Source of the DNA: Lama glama
Lineage: Eukaryota
Direction: 5' to 3'
Length of the DNA: 64,000 nt
Assembly: GCA_028534125.1 (NCBI GenBank)
Contig: CM052817.1
Span: forward strand, 89,096,001 to 89,160,000
The position numbers and the translations under genes are program-made. Position 1 is the stretch's first letter, and each line of letters starts with the position of its first letter. This document shows positions 40,551 through 54,912 of the stretch, piece by piece. The notes beneath the pieces are model-generated. The model ran no database searches, was not told the DNA's origin, and saw nothing but the letters and a program-made list of their open reading frames with translations.

Positions 40551-41744
40551 AATGGTATAAATTGCAGGAGTAAGAGCATGAAAAATCCTAAAGTTTGAAG
40601 GAATCACTGACATCTCTAACCAACTTTGTACTAAGTGACCTTGAAGTAAAATACCTTTGAATAAGTCTATCAGAATACTAATGTTAAATTCTAAACATTG
40701 TTGAGGGTTTTTTTTTTAAGTGCAGATTAGATGAAATGTACTGGATAATATAAGTACTTATTTATTTATGTATGGAAATAGGAGACACCAGATAAAGAAA
40801 CCCTGAACATATGCTACCTGGATGGAGAAATGAGGATCTCCCCACCACCCCAGGGATGGAGATATATGAATGGGAGGGAATGAAATTAGTTTGAGATTCT
40901 TACACTTTCTATTCTACTTACCTTCTTTGGCCAGAAAATTGTAAAACCTCTTTTCTATTATGCTGGCCTTTCTGGGTAAATATCCTTTCTTGTTCCACTT
41001 CAGGACAACTCCCACATTCACTGAGCTCCAAAATATCAACCTCCTAAATTTTTTAACTAGACAACAGAGGAAAGGCTACTATCATCATTCATGTTAACTT
41101 ATAAATATTCTTAGAATTAATTTTATATGTTGAAAAAATACAAAATCTATATGCTGAAGAAAGAGAGATAACATTTTCAATCCCCCCTACAAAAATACCA
41201 TCTATTAGGGAGGATGTGGAAAAAAACATGTAAATAATGTTTCCAATACAGATGGTGCAGAAAAAAAAATATACTCATCAGAAGGTCTCATTTTAATTAT
41301 AGATACGTAAGCACAAATATAACGCAAAGTTCAACAGATCTGGGCCCACATAACTTTTTTGTTTTTTACTCAACTCCTCAGGTGATTCTTTTTCAGTTAT
41401 CATGATTATAATGTTCCAAAGACATTTAGAAACTAGTGCCCTACATCGTTTGCAAAGTGATTTTAAACAAGGGCACTTGAATTTTGTCACTGCACTTCTA
41501 AAGACTCTTCAGTGGCTCCCCATGGCCTCTGGAATGATATAAAATCTACATGGTATGACTTTCTTGTGTTTTAATGAAGGTCCGGAGTATGTACTTACTT
41601 TCCTGAGTTGACACACCATCTTAAGACCACAGCTTTAACCATCTTAGACTACTTTCTTCTTTCTCAAATGTATTGTGTTACCTCCATCTCCATAAATTAA
41701 TGAACAGTTTGTGCTCAAAGGAACTATCAAAGTAGTGTTATAGA

Positions 41745-44000
41745 TTCCCAGTTTCCAGTCAGACATGCAGAGAGCATGGAAGACATCACTCCAGTCCTCA
41801 CAGCAAGAAAAAAGCTGAAAAAACTGAAAATAAGTAACTCTTCCTAGATCCATCAGAGAATTGTGGTCACAGGGCAAACTTATTGTCCTAAAAACTGGAG
41901 ACAAACTGTTTTTACAGGAAAATCACAGCTTAACTGGAGCAGAAGACCAGAAGTGGAAGCCCACAGTTAAAGTTGGTATCAAACAAAGTACAAAAGAAAG
42001 TGAATGTTTAAAGCACACTTTTTAATTGACTAATTGCTGGAAGTTCAGAGTGAACTAATTTTAGAGAGAAAAACTCCAAGGAAGCCCATTCTTAGGGGAG
42101 CTTGCACACTTTCATTAGTTTTCCCTGCAGGATCCCTACCTGGTTTTTATTGTGAAGACTGGAGAAAAATGCCTTCATACTTCAGCAGAGGGAGGGGAAA
42201 AGGAACTATTTTAAAATACCCAGATCTCTCTGTTCTTTTTCATAAGACTTTCCCTCAAGAGGAACTATCTTACCAGAGCCTAATCAGCTGGGATTTTAAC
42301 AATAACTGACATAGGGAATACCCAATGCAGGCTCACTAAGAGACTGAGTCCTATTCACAGGATTCTAGAGAATGCTTCCCATCCCTCTCTGATACCTCAC
42401 CACCACGTTGTAAGGCTACTAAGCTATATAAAGGCTGTAAAGGTATAATAAAAAGAATGACACGTAAAAGAACTTCAAGCCTCAAATCCTTAAATATAAG
42501 TCCTTAAATATAAAGAGTACTTAAGGACGATGGTGGGGCAGGGGGTCAACAAGGACACTGAAGAAATTTTAGTGTTTGACCTCATAGCTATAGCAAACAG
42601 TAACGACAGCCTTACTCCTAGCCAGATATAACCTCACCTTAAAGGCCTATCTAGTTCATTTTTTTTTCACCTGATACATGCCTGGCTTTCAACAAAAAAT
42701 TATAAGGCATGCTAAAAGGCAGTAATCAAAATCTGAGGAGATAAACCAAACATCAGAACCAGACTTGGATATGACAGAAATTTTGGAATTTTCAGACCAA
42801 GAAATTAAAATAACTATTGATGAATATTCTAAGGGCTCTAATGGATTAAGTGGATAGTATGCAAAAATAGATGGGTAAGCTAAGCCGAGGGATGGGACTG
42901 TGAAAAGAAAATACTAGAAATCAAAACCTCTGTAATAGAAATGAAGGATGTCTTTGTTGGGTTCTTCAGTACACGGAACATGGTGCGAAAAAAATGAATC
43001 AGTGAGCTTTAAGATATGTTAGTAGAAACTTCCAAAACAAAAATGCAAAGAGAGAAAGTACTGAAAAAAACATAATTTGATATCCAAGAACTGTGGGAAA
43101 GTTATTTTAAAAAACAGTACAATATGGGAGATGAAATACCAGAAAGAGAAGAGAGAGAGACAGGACAAAATAGACACCAACACATAGAACTAGAGAGCAC
43201 TAAGCAGCATAGCTACCAAAACACTGCAGCTAGGCGTATCGTATTTAAACATAGCTTGGCAAAAAATAAAAGACAGAGAAAATACTGAAAAAATAAAATA
43301 CCTTTCCAATAGAGGAACAAGGAGAATTACATCAGACTTTTCTTCAGAAAACATGCAAGCAAGAAGTGAGCACAAGAGCACAATGAAATATCTAAAGAAT
43401 TAAACAAAACAAAAAAACCTCTGCCAACCTAGAATTCTGTTTCCAGCAACATTATCCTTCAAAACTGAAGAAGTAAAGACTACTTCAGATAGGAAAAAAT
43501 TGAGAGAATCTGTTAGCAAGAGAACATCTTGCAAGAAATCTTAAAAGTTCTACAGAGAGAAGGAAAATGATAAATTTCTGAAATTCAGGTCTACATCAAG
43601 AAGGAAGAGCTTTAGACAAGAAGAAATAAAGGTAAAATAAAATGTTTTTCTGGAAATTAAGCTAAGAGATAGCATTGTTCAAAAATGATATGGGCAACAA
43701 TAAATTTGTTGACTATTGCTTATAGGTTATGGATAAGTGGAATGAGTAACAGCAAAGTTGTAAGGTGTGGAAGGGATGAATTTGAAATACTCTGTTATAA
43801 GGCACTTGTGCTACTTGCAAAGTGGCATCATGTTATTTGAAAGTGAACTTGGATTAGTCAAAAATGTATATTGCAAATCTTAGGGAAATCATGAATTTTT
43901 TTAAAATGAAGTATAATAGATAAGAGGAAAAGTGAAACCATATGGAATACTCAGTTAAAATCATAAAGAACAAGAAAAATAGAGGCAGTGAATAGAAAAT
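41745..44000 (+). mobile_element. Old L1 5'UTR and ORF1 region (L1MC/L1MD 5'-end type)
   Basis: 'cctagatccatcagagaattgtggtcacagggcaaac', ORF1 text 'acatcagacttttcttcagaaaacatgcaagc', 'caacctagaattctgtttccagc'. Confidence 0.8.
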
Positions 44001-44724
44001 AAAGTATATATTTTTCTTTCCTCTATTGACAGAGTAAAAGGATCAGATTTCACGAGTTGTCAGGGAGGGAAGAAGTCCATCATAATAGTACCCCATTCCC
44101 TCTATTAAATGTATATTCGTGACTATTTTGTAGCTACCATTATAGGAAAGATTTCTGATGCAATTGAAAGTTACCTTAATTAACATGTAGGAGAACATTT
44201 TGTGAATAATAGTTAGGTTTAGGTACCATTCATGAATTCTTGACTGGCAGCTCTGAGAAACAAAGAGGCAAATACATTTATCATACATTGTCAAATTAGG
44301 AAAAAATTTACCTCTATAAATTTTACAAAAACTATATATACCTTTACAAAAAATATATAACAGAATAAGGATCTATCTCTAGAACTTTCTTTTCTATCTC
44401 AGTTTCTCTTGCTAAAAAGAAAGTCATAAAGCTATCAAAAACTAACAGTTTACTTTTATTATCTTGATTTTTTTTTTCTGTTTTGGATTGGTTTATATGA
44501 GGGGAAAAGGTGTTATTGACCATGGTTTTATTTAACTACAAACAAAACCTTATTTTGGAATATAACTACTGGCATATTTCTCTATAAGAAATTCAAATAC
44601 ACAGAGAAGCTTACATTTTTTTCCTGTTTGAGAAACACAGCTTATTAACGTTCCAACAATATTCTACTTAATAAGATGTTCAATGGGACATGTAAAATAG
44701 AATAAGCTAAAAATAATTTTTCCC

Positions 44725-47250
44725 AATTACATTTGTTCATTATTTAATCAGTAGTCCATTCAATGTTGTCAAGCTGTGTTCCAGCCCTTGGTGATACACC
44801 ACTGAACAAAACAGACAAAATCATCCTTGCCCTTGTGAAGCTCACATTCTGGTGTAGAATGTCAGACACAGAACGATAAACATAATACATTAACAGATGA
44901 GGTGCTAAAGTGATCATGCTGGGAAAACCAGATTTATGAGTGTGGTGAGTTCTAGGGAGAGACTGCAACTTGAAACGAGTTAGATACAAAGCACCTCACT
45001 GAGAAGGTGACATTTAAGAAAAGGTTTGGAGGAGCAGTGGGAGTGATCAGTCAGGAGTGTCAGAGGGAAGAGGAATAAGCAAAACCTCAGAGTGGGAATG
45101 TACCTGCCATGTCACAACAACAACAAACAGGAGGTGACTATGGCTGGAGGACAGTGAGCTAGAGAAATAGAAGAAAGAAATATGATCTGAGAGGAAATGG
45201 GGGTCAGATCACTGTGGGCCTTGTATGTCCTAGTGTTACCGCAGACCACGGCAGGGCCACCCCTGGGCTCGGTTTTTGTTGTTGGTGCAACAAAGAATTG
45301 AAGAGCCACAACAGTAGCAAAGCATAAGCAGAGTTTATTTAGGAAAGAAATACACTTCAAGAGAGAAGCTGACCAAGCCAAGGAAGGCAATGGCCCTGCA
45401 AGCAGAGAAGCTTGACTTTTTAAGTCTTGGATTTGCATGAGGACTGTGTCACCTCTTGATTGACAGTTGAGAATTATGTAACAGGTGCCAGAACTGTGCT
45501 TGTGTGTCCCAGAATTTGCTTTGTGATAATGAAATTAGTGTATGGGCAGAATATGTAACAGATGATGCGTGTTTCTGGGTGGTAGGGTCATCTGAGGACA
45601 AGGGGGCCTAGGCTTCGCTCATGCTTTGCCGGGGGAGTTGCCCGCTGTGGTTTTTAGGCTCTTCTCTGTGGTAGGTTATTAGGTGTTAAGACGCAAGAGG
45701 TGGGACTGAGTCTCTTTTGGGTCCTCCCTGGATGCTGTCCTCACCACTCATGTCTGACTGACTGCCTAGCATTAGTAGGAAGTTTGTCCTTTATTTGGAG
45801 AGAAATAAGGAAAGATATTACTTATGGAAAAATAATTGTAAAGGCGTGTGAACAGAAATGACCTTAGGGGAAAGAAATACACTTCAAGAGAGAAGCTGAC
45901 CAAGCCAGGGAAGGCAATGGCCTTGCAAGCAGAGAAGCTTGACTTAGCAGTTTCAAGGGTAGCAAGGCCAGAGGGACTGAATCAGAATACTAGGGAAACA
46001 AAAGGGAGGCAACAGGGCCAGAAACCTAGGCTGGGGTCATATTAAGTAGAGCCTTATGAACTAGAGAATTTGGGTTTTAAGCTGTGATTGGAAGCCACTG
46101 GAGAGTTTTGAGCAGGATGGAGATAAGATTTGGTTTATGTTTCTAGAAGACTGCTTTGGATCCTGTGTAGAGTATAGGTAATAAATCTGGTGAAATCACA
46201 GAGATCACTTTGTTAATAGGTTTTTAAGTGATCTGGAAAAGATGATGATGGTTTAGACTAGCAGCAGTGTAAGTAATTAGAAGTCATATTTAAAAGCTTA
46301 TGGTTAAGCTTGCAGACAGTAAGCAGCCAGGTTATAGGTGGCTGAGCAACCTGGCGGTTGATAGACTGCATGTAAGATTTCAGGGAGTGAGAGAGAACAA
46401 GGGTAAGTCCTGGGGTTTTGGTATCATCCACCGATACAGGGAATATTGGGGGAGCAGGTTTTTGAGCCAGGAAATCCATTTTGACTATGTTAAGTTTTAC
46501 ATGTCAAATTGATATTTAAATGAAGGCGTTTAGAAGAGGAAATATCAAATTATGAACTCAAGATACACATTTGAGAGTTGAAAATGTATCAAATGAATTC
46601 AAATCCATGGGAAAGTGTGTCATCAACTCCAAAGAGAGAAGAAAAGATCAAAGAGTGAGCACATAGGCTCTGGGAGTAGGAGGAGGAGTCACTAATTAAA
46701 CTGAGTAGGAGTCATAGAAGAAAGAAATCCAGCCGAGGGTTTTGTTTGGGAATCCACATGGAAAAGTTCTCATGAAAGAAGGAGTGGTGTATTGTATAAC
46801 ATAGTTCCTAACTTCAAGTATGATGTTGGTTAAAGTTGATCACTGGGGTTGGCCAGTGAAGGTTTGGTAACATCAGTGATAATAATTTATTAGGAGTAGT
46901 AAACTACTCAGTCAAAATTAGTATTTGACTGTGTTGAAAAAGAACAGGCAAGTATGAATGTGGTAACAACCAGTTATGTGGGGGCTCAGAGAATCAAGGA
47001 GGTTTTTGTTTGTTTTTAGATTAAAAGCATTTTTGTAATTTGATTACAACACATGGGAAATCAGGATATTGACTTTAGATAGATTGATAGATTATTAATG
47101 GAAAGATGAGTAGGTCTGTTTTATTTCTCCCAATTTCTCAGTGAAATAAGAATCAAAATCACCAGCATTGAGAGAGACGGGAGAGGTGTGAGAAGAAAGA
47201 AAATGGTATAAAATAGTCTTTTGAAAAATAATGAATAATATGACTATAGA
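44725..47250 (-). mobile_element. LINE-2 (3' end and body), interrupted by an LTR
   Basis: 'gaacaaaacagacaaaatcatccttgcccttgtgaagctcacattct', 'actgagaaggtgacattt', 'ggaagccactggagagttttgagcagg'. Confidence 0.8.
45234..45771 (-). mobile_element. Relatively young solo LTR (ERV1-like)
   Basis: TG...CA termini; minus-strand AATAAA at ~45334; retains CpGs; 4-bp flanks ctag/ttag; interrupts an L2. Confidence 0.8.
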
Positions 47251-49709
47251 AATGTGAGTTTCTACAGAAACTAATCTGAGTGGTTAGGGAGTAAAACCTG
47301 TAAAGGAGTGACAGTGACAATTGTACTGTATTTGAGGGGTCTCCAAACAAATATGATAATAATCTAAAAAAGCTAATTTAAGAAAAAACAATTTTTCAAA
47401 TAAAGCTGGAGTGCGAAGTAAATAATCTAGTGATTTTTCCCCAAACAAATGCTCAGAAGAACATTTTTGTTTGATGAAATAAGTTTTTATTAAAAAAAGA
47501 AGGGTGTCACGTAAGTAGTCACGTAAGTTTGAGGTTTGTTTTGTTTTTTATTTTTAAATTGCAAGATCTATCAGAGTCTTTAATAAGCCACTGGACATTA
47601 TGAATCTCCAAGAGAGTGATTTCAAGTGTTGCATTTAAGAATACCTCTTTTTTGTGGAGGGAGGGGATCCCCAAAGAATCTGATTGTTTTCCTTTTTCCA
47701 ATGCACAGTTACCCTGGTAAATGTCTACAGGTCCCTTTGGGGAAAGCTAGAAGAAAGATTAAAATATAATCTTGGGATTATATTTCAGAAGATCTGCCCT
47801 GGTACTTCTGAATTTTAAGTATTTTAACACACTCCTTTTTCATTTTACTTCCCCTCCGTGACTGCTTTACATAATACCTTTCACCCTACCTTCTTTTGCT
47901 TTAGATTAATAAAGTACTATGAAATTTATTTAATGAGATATGCCAGCTAACATATCACTTTTCCTGTGGTAATCAGGCACTAACCACCTGTTATTTTACT
48001 GATTGTAAGATTATACTTAGCTATGGAAGAAGTAGAAATAGCTTGTCTATTTGAATATGATCTTAGATTTCAAAGAATGCTTTACTCTGAAGATTGTTAC
48101 GTTTTAAGTAAATACAATAAAAAAAATCAAAACAACCAAAATTTCAAGTTGTTTCAAGGTGGCACTAATGACAAGGAACTTGAGTAAAATGTGCCACATT
48201 GTTCATGGTAGCTGAAGAGGTAATGTGTGAAATTGGCAATGCTATTTTCATAGTTCAGAGGCAGGCAGAGACAAAAAAAAAATCTAATTTCATCGTTTTG
48301 AGAGAAGGCGAAACAAAAATGCTCCTGTGCTTTCATGAGATTTTTCTCCTATTTCAGTCCATGCAGCTGAGGTTTCTGAAGGTTCTGTTTGCTGATAACT
48401 TAATTAGCGATTCAGTGCAGTTGGGTCTGCAGCCTGATGTGATGGTTGGAGCTGACTTTGAGAATGAAGCCAGCCTAGTTTGTTGAGTGATTCCCATCTC
48501 TACCAACTGGCCTGTGAAATCTAGGAGCATCACCTGGGCTTCCCTTATTAACTCAAAGCATATCAAAAGTCTCCAATTGGTATCTAGGGCCCCTGTGCTC
48601 TCTGCTCGCTGCCCACACAGAGGCTGTGATTACATTCTGAACACAGGGAGTTTAGTTTTATCTAAGTGCTCCAAATCCACCGTCTCAAAAAGAAATGCTA
48701 CAGGATAGAAGTGTCTTTTATTGAAATGAGCTGAAAGCATTTACATCCCTGAGAAAAACTGTGCTTTCCCAAGGATACTCAGAAATGACTAATTGTGTCT
48801 GGTGCCAGGTGCATAAAGCAAATCATTTGGTTTGGCTTTCACAGTTTTTAAGAGAAAAAAGGTACATTGTATACAAAGACTCAGCATATTGCTTTTCAAG
48901 ATGTATTTATTGTTTCTGGGGATAATACTTGCTTTCTTTCTATTTATTATTCTAGTTCAATTTCCTTATATTCTTTTTTCTCTTTTATTTCCATATTGAA
49001 TTGTGATCAGAAGAGCAAATGGAATTGCATTTGGCAGAATCCTCTGTTGATTCATATATAAATTTCAGAAAATGTAGAGACTGACTGTCAGGAGATTAGC
49101 ATTTCTTTCTCGAGATGTTCTTGGTGTGATACCCTTCAAACTGAGTGAGATTAATGGGTAGTAATAGACAGGAGCACATGACCGTGCATATTTTATCCCA
49201 TCAGTCCTTTTGTTAATGAAAGTGCCATAGATATCTGCAGTGTTGTTTGTGTTATTCTTCTTTTCAGTTTTTAATTTCATTCTCTTGCTGTGTCTTTTTT
49301 TAATCTCAGGAGTGTTATTATATAATTATCATTCTTAGTGTTACGTGTACCACATTTAAGTGATTCCTTGTTTCAGCTACTAAAGATTGACTGTCACTTA
49401 GCTTGAGTGAATCTTTTCCAAATATTCCTCAGTTGCCATAATTAGTTAAAATGAGATGCCTTTCTAGAAAGATTTTTTTAAAGCAGATTAACTAAGTCAG
49501 GTTTGTTTAATTTTGTTTTGATCTATGAATTAGTGAATTTTTGGGGGCATAAAATAATGATAAAATGAGCTTAAATGAGCAGACCCACAGAAAATCTATA
49601 TAACTCGGCTCGATATTTTGTCTATGAAATAACATTTTGGTTAATTTCATGAGAGTCCTGTGTTATTATTTTTGTCCTGAATGTGCTACAAAATATTTAA
49701 GAAACTTTT

Positions 49710-52700
49710 TAGCCAAGATCCAACCAGAGAAACAGAATCAGTAGTAGATGTATATGAAGGAGCTAGTTTATGTGATTGTGAGGGCTGCCTAGTCAAGTCC
49801 AAAATCTATATGGTAGGCCATCAGGAAAGGAAGAGTAGAGCTCTCAGGCTGAGTTAAAGATGCAGCACACAGACAGAATTTCTTCCAGGAAACTTCAGTT
49901 CTGTTCTAAAGGCATTCAACTGATTGAATCAGGCTCACACAGATTAATCTAGGATACTCTCCTTTGTTTAAAGGTAACTGATTGTAAATGTTAACCACAC
50001 CTACAACATCTCCACAGCAACATCTAGATTAGTGTTTGACTGAATAATGGGGTACTATAGCCTATATAAATTAACACATAAAACTGACCATTAAAGTCCA
50101 ACCCATGTCAGCTTGGCATCTGTACACATCTCCTTAACATATGTTTACTCTCCAAATAAAAACAATAACAGAGTCATATTTTCCAGTTAATGTGCTACAG
50201 CTCTCCTGTGCACAACCAAAAATGCACTATTTTCCTGGAGGAGGATACACATTGTGTGCATTTACTCTTCTCTTTGATATCTTGTATCAAATTCTGTGAT
50301 ATAAAGCTAACTCTCATTAATACATCTTATATTAGATGATAAAAAGATGAATGGTAAGAAAAAAATTTTTTAATTGCATAATATATCTCTATCTATAAAT
50401 ATATCCATAACAAAATAAGGAATAAATGATTAAAGACATTATAGTCCTCATTTCTGCAACTAGTCATAAGGTTATAGCTAATATTTATAGCCACGTTTCC
50501 ACTATCATTCCCAGCACCTCAGCTGGCCATGGTTCTTTGCCTGTTGAAGTGACCTAAATGTTAATTCATGAAATATCTGGTGCATCTGGTGCATTAGCAG
50601 TCCTACCTTAGTTGGGTTGTTGTAATTTTCCATTAATTTAATTACAAGACATGGCGATACTAGAAAATGAATTAAGAGATCTCCTGTATTCCAAACATAT
50701 CCTTTCTTATCTCCACTGTGTAGTGGAAGTTGACAGTTTTGTAATCCAATTTCCCTTTGGTGGTCACGATCTATGATGCCAGTCAGTATAGGAAGTCCTC
50801 TCTTTGCCTATTGATTCAGAGATATGAGGAGACCAAAATAGACAGTGACACATTCAACTTCTAGTTCAATGGGATCATTATTGTGCCTCCTGATGGAAGA
50901 ATTTCTCCCTTTGGACCAAAACATCTAAGCCAGTAGAGCATAAAGTCACAGAGACAAGAAGTAAAAAATTTGCTAGTGACAGTAGTGCAAGGTACCACTC
51001 TCATTTCCACCCCTTGGTTCCCAGACATGAATACTGACTATGGAAAAAAAATGACACTATATACTGGTCATTAATTTAGAGCATATACAGCCTCATGGAG
51101 ATTGCCACAGCGCCAAAGGTATTCCCATCTGTATGACACTGTAACTAAATCTTCAAAAAGCCATATCTCTGTCCCATCAAGCCAACTCATACTAGATGAT
51201 GGAGTGTGTGGTACAACTGATGAAGTCAATGAATGTGGACCCATTGCTAAACTCAGTTTGCTTAAGTAGTGATCATTACTTCATAGATCAGAAACAGTGC
51301 TATTTGGAATACCACAGTGGTGGATAGGAATTCAACAGAGCCCATTGTGTGCAAGACAGTTAAATCCATATTCAGAATAAGTGTCTCATAGAACACAGTG
51401 CTGCCCCTTCCATGATAGAAATGGTTCGAAGTAATCAATCTGACATCAGGTAGCTGACTGATTACTCTGGGAAATGGTGCCATATTAGGGAGTCACTGTT
51501 GGTCTGTACTGCTGGCATTGGGCTCCTAGCAGTGGTTGTAGCCAGTTCTCTTAGGTAAATTGAAGCTCGTGTTGCTGAGCCCATGAATAACCTCCATCCC
51601 TGCCACTATGTCTGCTTTGTTCCTGAATTCACTGAACGATAGTAGGGGTGGCTGAGAAAAGAGGCCAACTGGTGTCCACTGATATGTCATCCTACCCACT
51701 TTATTATAAAACTCCTTCTGTGCAGAGATCACCTTTTGATGAACATTCACATGGGACACAAATATGTTCACAGTCTTTGCCCATTCTGCAAGTCCATACA
51801 CATCTCTTCCCAGCACCTTCCTGTCACAAATTTTCCTATTGCATTCCTTCCTAGTCCTTAACTATTCAGTCAAATCTTTGGCCACAGCCCATAATTTGAT
51901 ATATACCCATACCTCTGGCACTTGTTCCTTCCAAGCAAAATGCACTGCCAGGTGCTCTGCTTGAAGCTCTGTCCACAGGACAGATTTCCCTTTACCGCCG
52001 TCCTTCAGTGATGTCTCAGGAAGAGCTTGGAACACTGCAGCTACCCACTTTCAGATGGTGCCTGCATGCTATGCAGGACACTCCATAAAACATCCCTGAG
52101 TTTTCTCTTGCTTAGTCGACTAATTATAGGAGGTCACCCAGGCCATAGGTGTGGGCTGATAAAGAGAAGGTCCTGAAGCAGGAATGGGGGCCATTTGCAT
52201 TTTTACCACTTCCTCATCTAACTTGCTTGTGTCCTCAGGGCTTGCTTCTAGTTCAATACCATAGATACCACTTTCATTTGAAACTAGAATGCTGCTGAGA
52301 ATGCCCAACTTCATGGCTTGGTGGGTCAGAAAATACTCAGTTCATCATGGGCAGCTAGGTTGCATGGTGACTTGGTGACTGAAGCTTAAGCATTCAGTCT
52401 CTACTAAGGCCCAGGAGCAGGTCAAGAGATGTTTCTCAAAAGGAGAGTGGTTATCTGCAGAGGCTGACAGCACTTTGCTCCAAAATCCTGACTCTTCTCT
52501 GCAATTTACCTGTTGCCTGTCAGAGGCTCCATTCAGCATCTCACTACCACTCACACCTCAAGCACCATTGCATCTGCTGGATCATATGACCCAAGTGGCA
52601 GACCAGCCTCCACGGAAGCTTGCCACTGTCACAGAGCCTTCCTTTCTTCTGGACTCTAAAGGAGCAGCTCTTCAGTTCCTTGGTGACGGGTTGGAGTAGC

Positions 52701-53210
52701 ATACTTGAAGGAGGAATACGTTGCTTCTGAAATCCAAAGACACACACTAAGCCATGAGTCTCTTTTTTGGTTGGGCTCAATGCAACAACTTATCTTTTAC
52801 CTTAGAAAGGACATCTAACGTGCTCACACCACTGAACTTCTAGAAATTTTACTAAGATAGAAGACCCTTGCATTTATTTCCCACCAGTTACATGCAAAGT
52901 GATTTGTTGGAGGGAATTGGTTTATGTAATTGTGGAGGCAAATTCAAAATCCACAAAGTAAGCTATCAGGAAAGGCAAGATGAAATTCTCTTTGTGTGCT
53001 GAAGCCACTGTTCTGTTCTTAAGACCTTTCAGTTGGTTGGATAAGAGCTATTCATTATTATCTAGGATAATCTCTTTCACTTAAGGTCCATTGATTATGC
53101 ACTTTAATAACATCTAGAAAATGTCTTCACAACAGTGCACAGGTTAGTGTTTGACTGAATAATGGGAGACTCTAGCCTATCCAAGTTGACACACACAGCT
53201 GTTACTCACT
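49710..53210 (-). mobile_element. ERVL provirus remnant: MLT2-type LTR (~49710-50095), internal pol/3' region, second MLT2 LTR (~52900-53210)
   Basis: Both LTRs share 'ttagtgtttgactgaataatgg'. PPT-like sequence at ~50096-50120. Minus ORFs carry ERVL pol motifs (GFWSKVLSASADNHSPFEKHLLTCSWALVETE; IFVSHVNVHQKV). Confidence 0.9.
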
Positions 53211-54694
53211 GTAACCTTTGCATGATAACTTAGGTATCTCTGGAGATTTTTCCTAACTTATAAGATAAGGTGTTATGTATACATTCTTTAAACCTTTCCT
53301 AGCTCTGTATCACTTCAGAATTTCTACATTACACTCCATTAGGTTAGAAATTATACAAAAGAGCAAGTATAATCACCAACTATTTGAGGTAACCTTTGTA
53401 AGTCCGGTTTATCCTAACTTTCTGTCCCCATTTTTTTCAAGCTGAATTTGACTCCCATCCTGCTGTCTCTATATTTACAGTTTATTATTTATAAAATGCT
53501 TATTTTGATTCACCAATGACTATGTGTTATGTATTTATTCTATAAGACACTGTAAGGAGGAGACACTATAAGGAGAAGGAATTTAAGCTTATCAAGTGTA
53601 ATGGCATAGAATTCTAGACAGTTTTCAGGTAGAAAAAACATATTAGAAAACTGGGTTACTTGAAGTGGGAGGAAAAAGCAAAGCTCTAGTAAAAAAACAG
53701 TCAAAACATAAAATTGTAAAAGGAAAGCAAACATGTTTTAGCTTCTACACAGTTTTAATTTTGAGAACTTCTCTAAAAGCATGTGGACATTTTGCTATAA
53801 TTACTGGATCTTCTGCACATAATTGGACATGAAATATCATAGAAGTGAAGGACATTGCTGTTGGCCCTCAGGTTAGCTATGGCCAGTGCTAGTAGTGTGA
53901 GAGTCAGTATGTCAAATTAATATGGAGTCTTAAAATAGAGACTTTTCTCCAGATTATGTTTCTTAGTTGCCTGTGGTATGAATATAAAAGATTTCTTCTT
54001 AGCATTTTTTTTTTTTGGCATAGGAAGAAATGGGACTCTCAGTTGAAGTCAGTGTACCTTCATCTAACCCAAATTATCCCCGAAGGGCTAAACACCCCGA
54101 CTAGCCAATAGTAAATCTCTTTGATGTCTCCTAAAATAGCTGTGTAGACTTGGAAAATAAGAATAAAGAATTTCCTCTGAGTTTTGTGTCAAAGGGAGAT
54201 TTGCTGTTAAGCCCAGTTAATGCAAAAGCTATTCCTACTTTTTGTAATAATTTCCCCCCCCCCTGCAAAATGATACAAAATGCAATTCTCTACATTCATT
54301 TTCTTACAGGAGCAGACTCTCAGAAATATAAATTTAGATTTGACTACACACCATATAGGAAAGGGATTTATATACAACATGGAGCAGCAAAAGTGTTAAA
54401 AGTAGGTCACTTATACTCAATATCAAAGCAAGAGTATGAATTTTAAAATGTAGGAAAATATTTCTTCCAATTTCTGTAGTGATCACATGATCTACTACAG
54501 GACTTAAAATATGGTATAAAATTTTGCTATTTAATTTTTAATAGTTTAAGTTTATTCTTCTTTTGAAGTGATAAAAATACTAAAGAATGTCCTGAACTAT
54601 TTTATTACCTTGTTAGTTATTAACTAAGCAAATTAAACAATGATATTTTAGAAAAATCCTCTTTGTCTATCTTATACCTAAAGATCCTTTAAAG

Positions 54695-54912
54695 CAATTT
54701 TTCAAACATGGTCACATTTTTTTCCCTCAAGGAACATTTGGCAATCTCAAGAGACACGTTTGGTTGTCACAGCTATGGTGGAAATGTGGGGAACGATGCT
54801 ATTGGCATCTAGTGGCTTGAGGCCATGGAGGATACATACCATTCCACAGTGCACAGGAAAGCCCCCTACCAACAGAGAGTTGTCCACCCAAAATATCAAC
54901 ATTGCTGAGATA
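54695..54912 (+). mobile_element. MER20 hAT-Charlie MITE
   Basis: 'aacatttggcaatctcaagagacacgtttggttgtcacagct...gctattggcatctagtgg..gaggcca...cccaaaatatcaac'. Confidence 0.9.
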
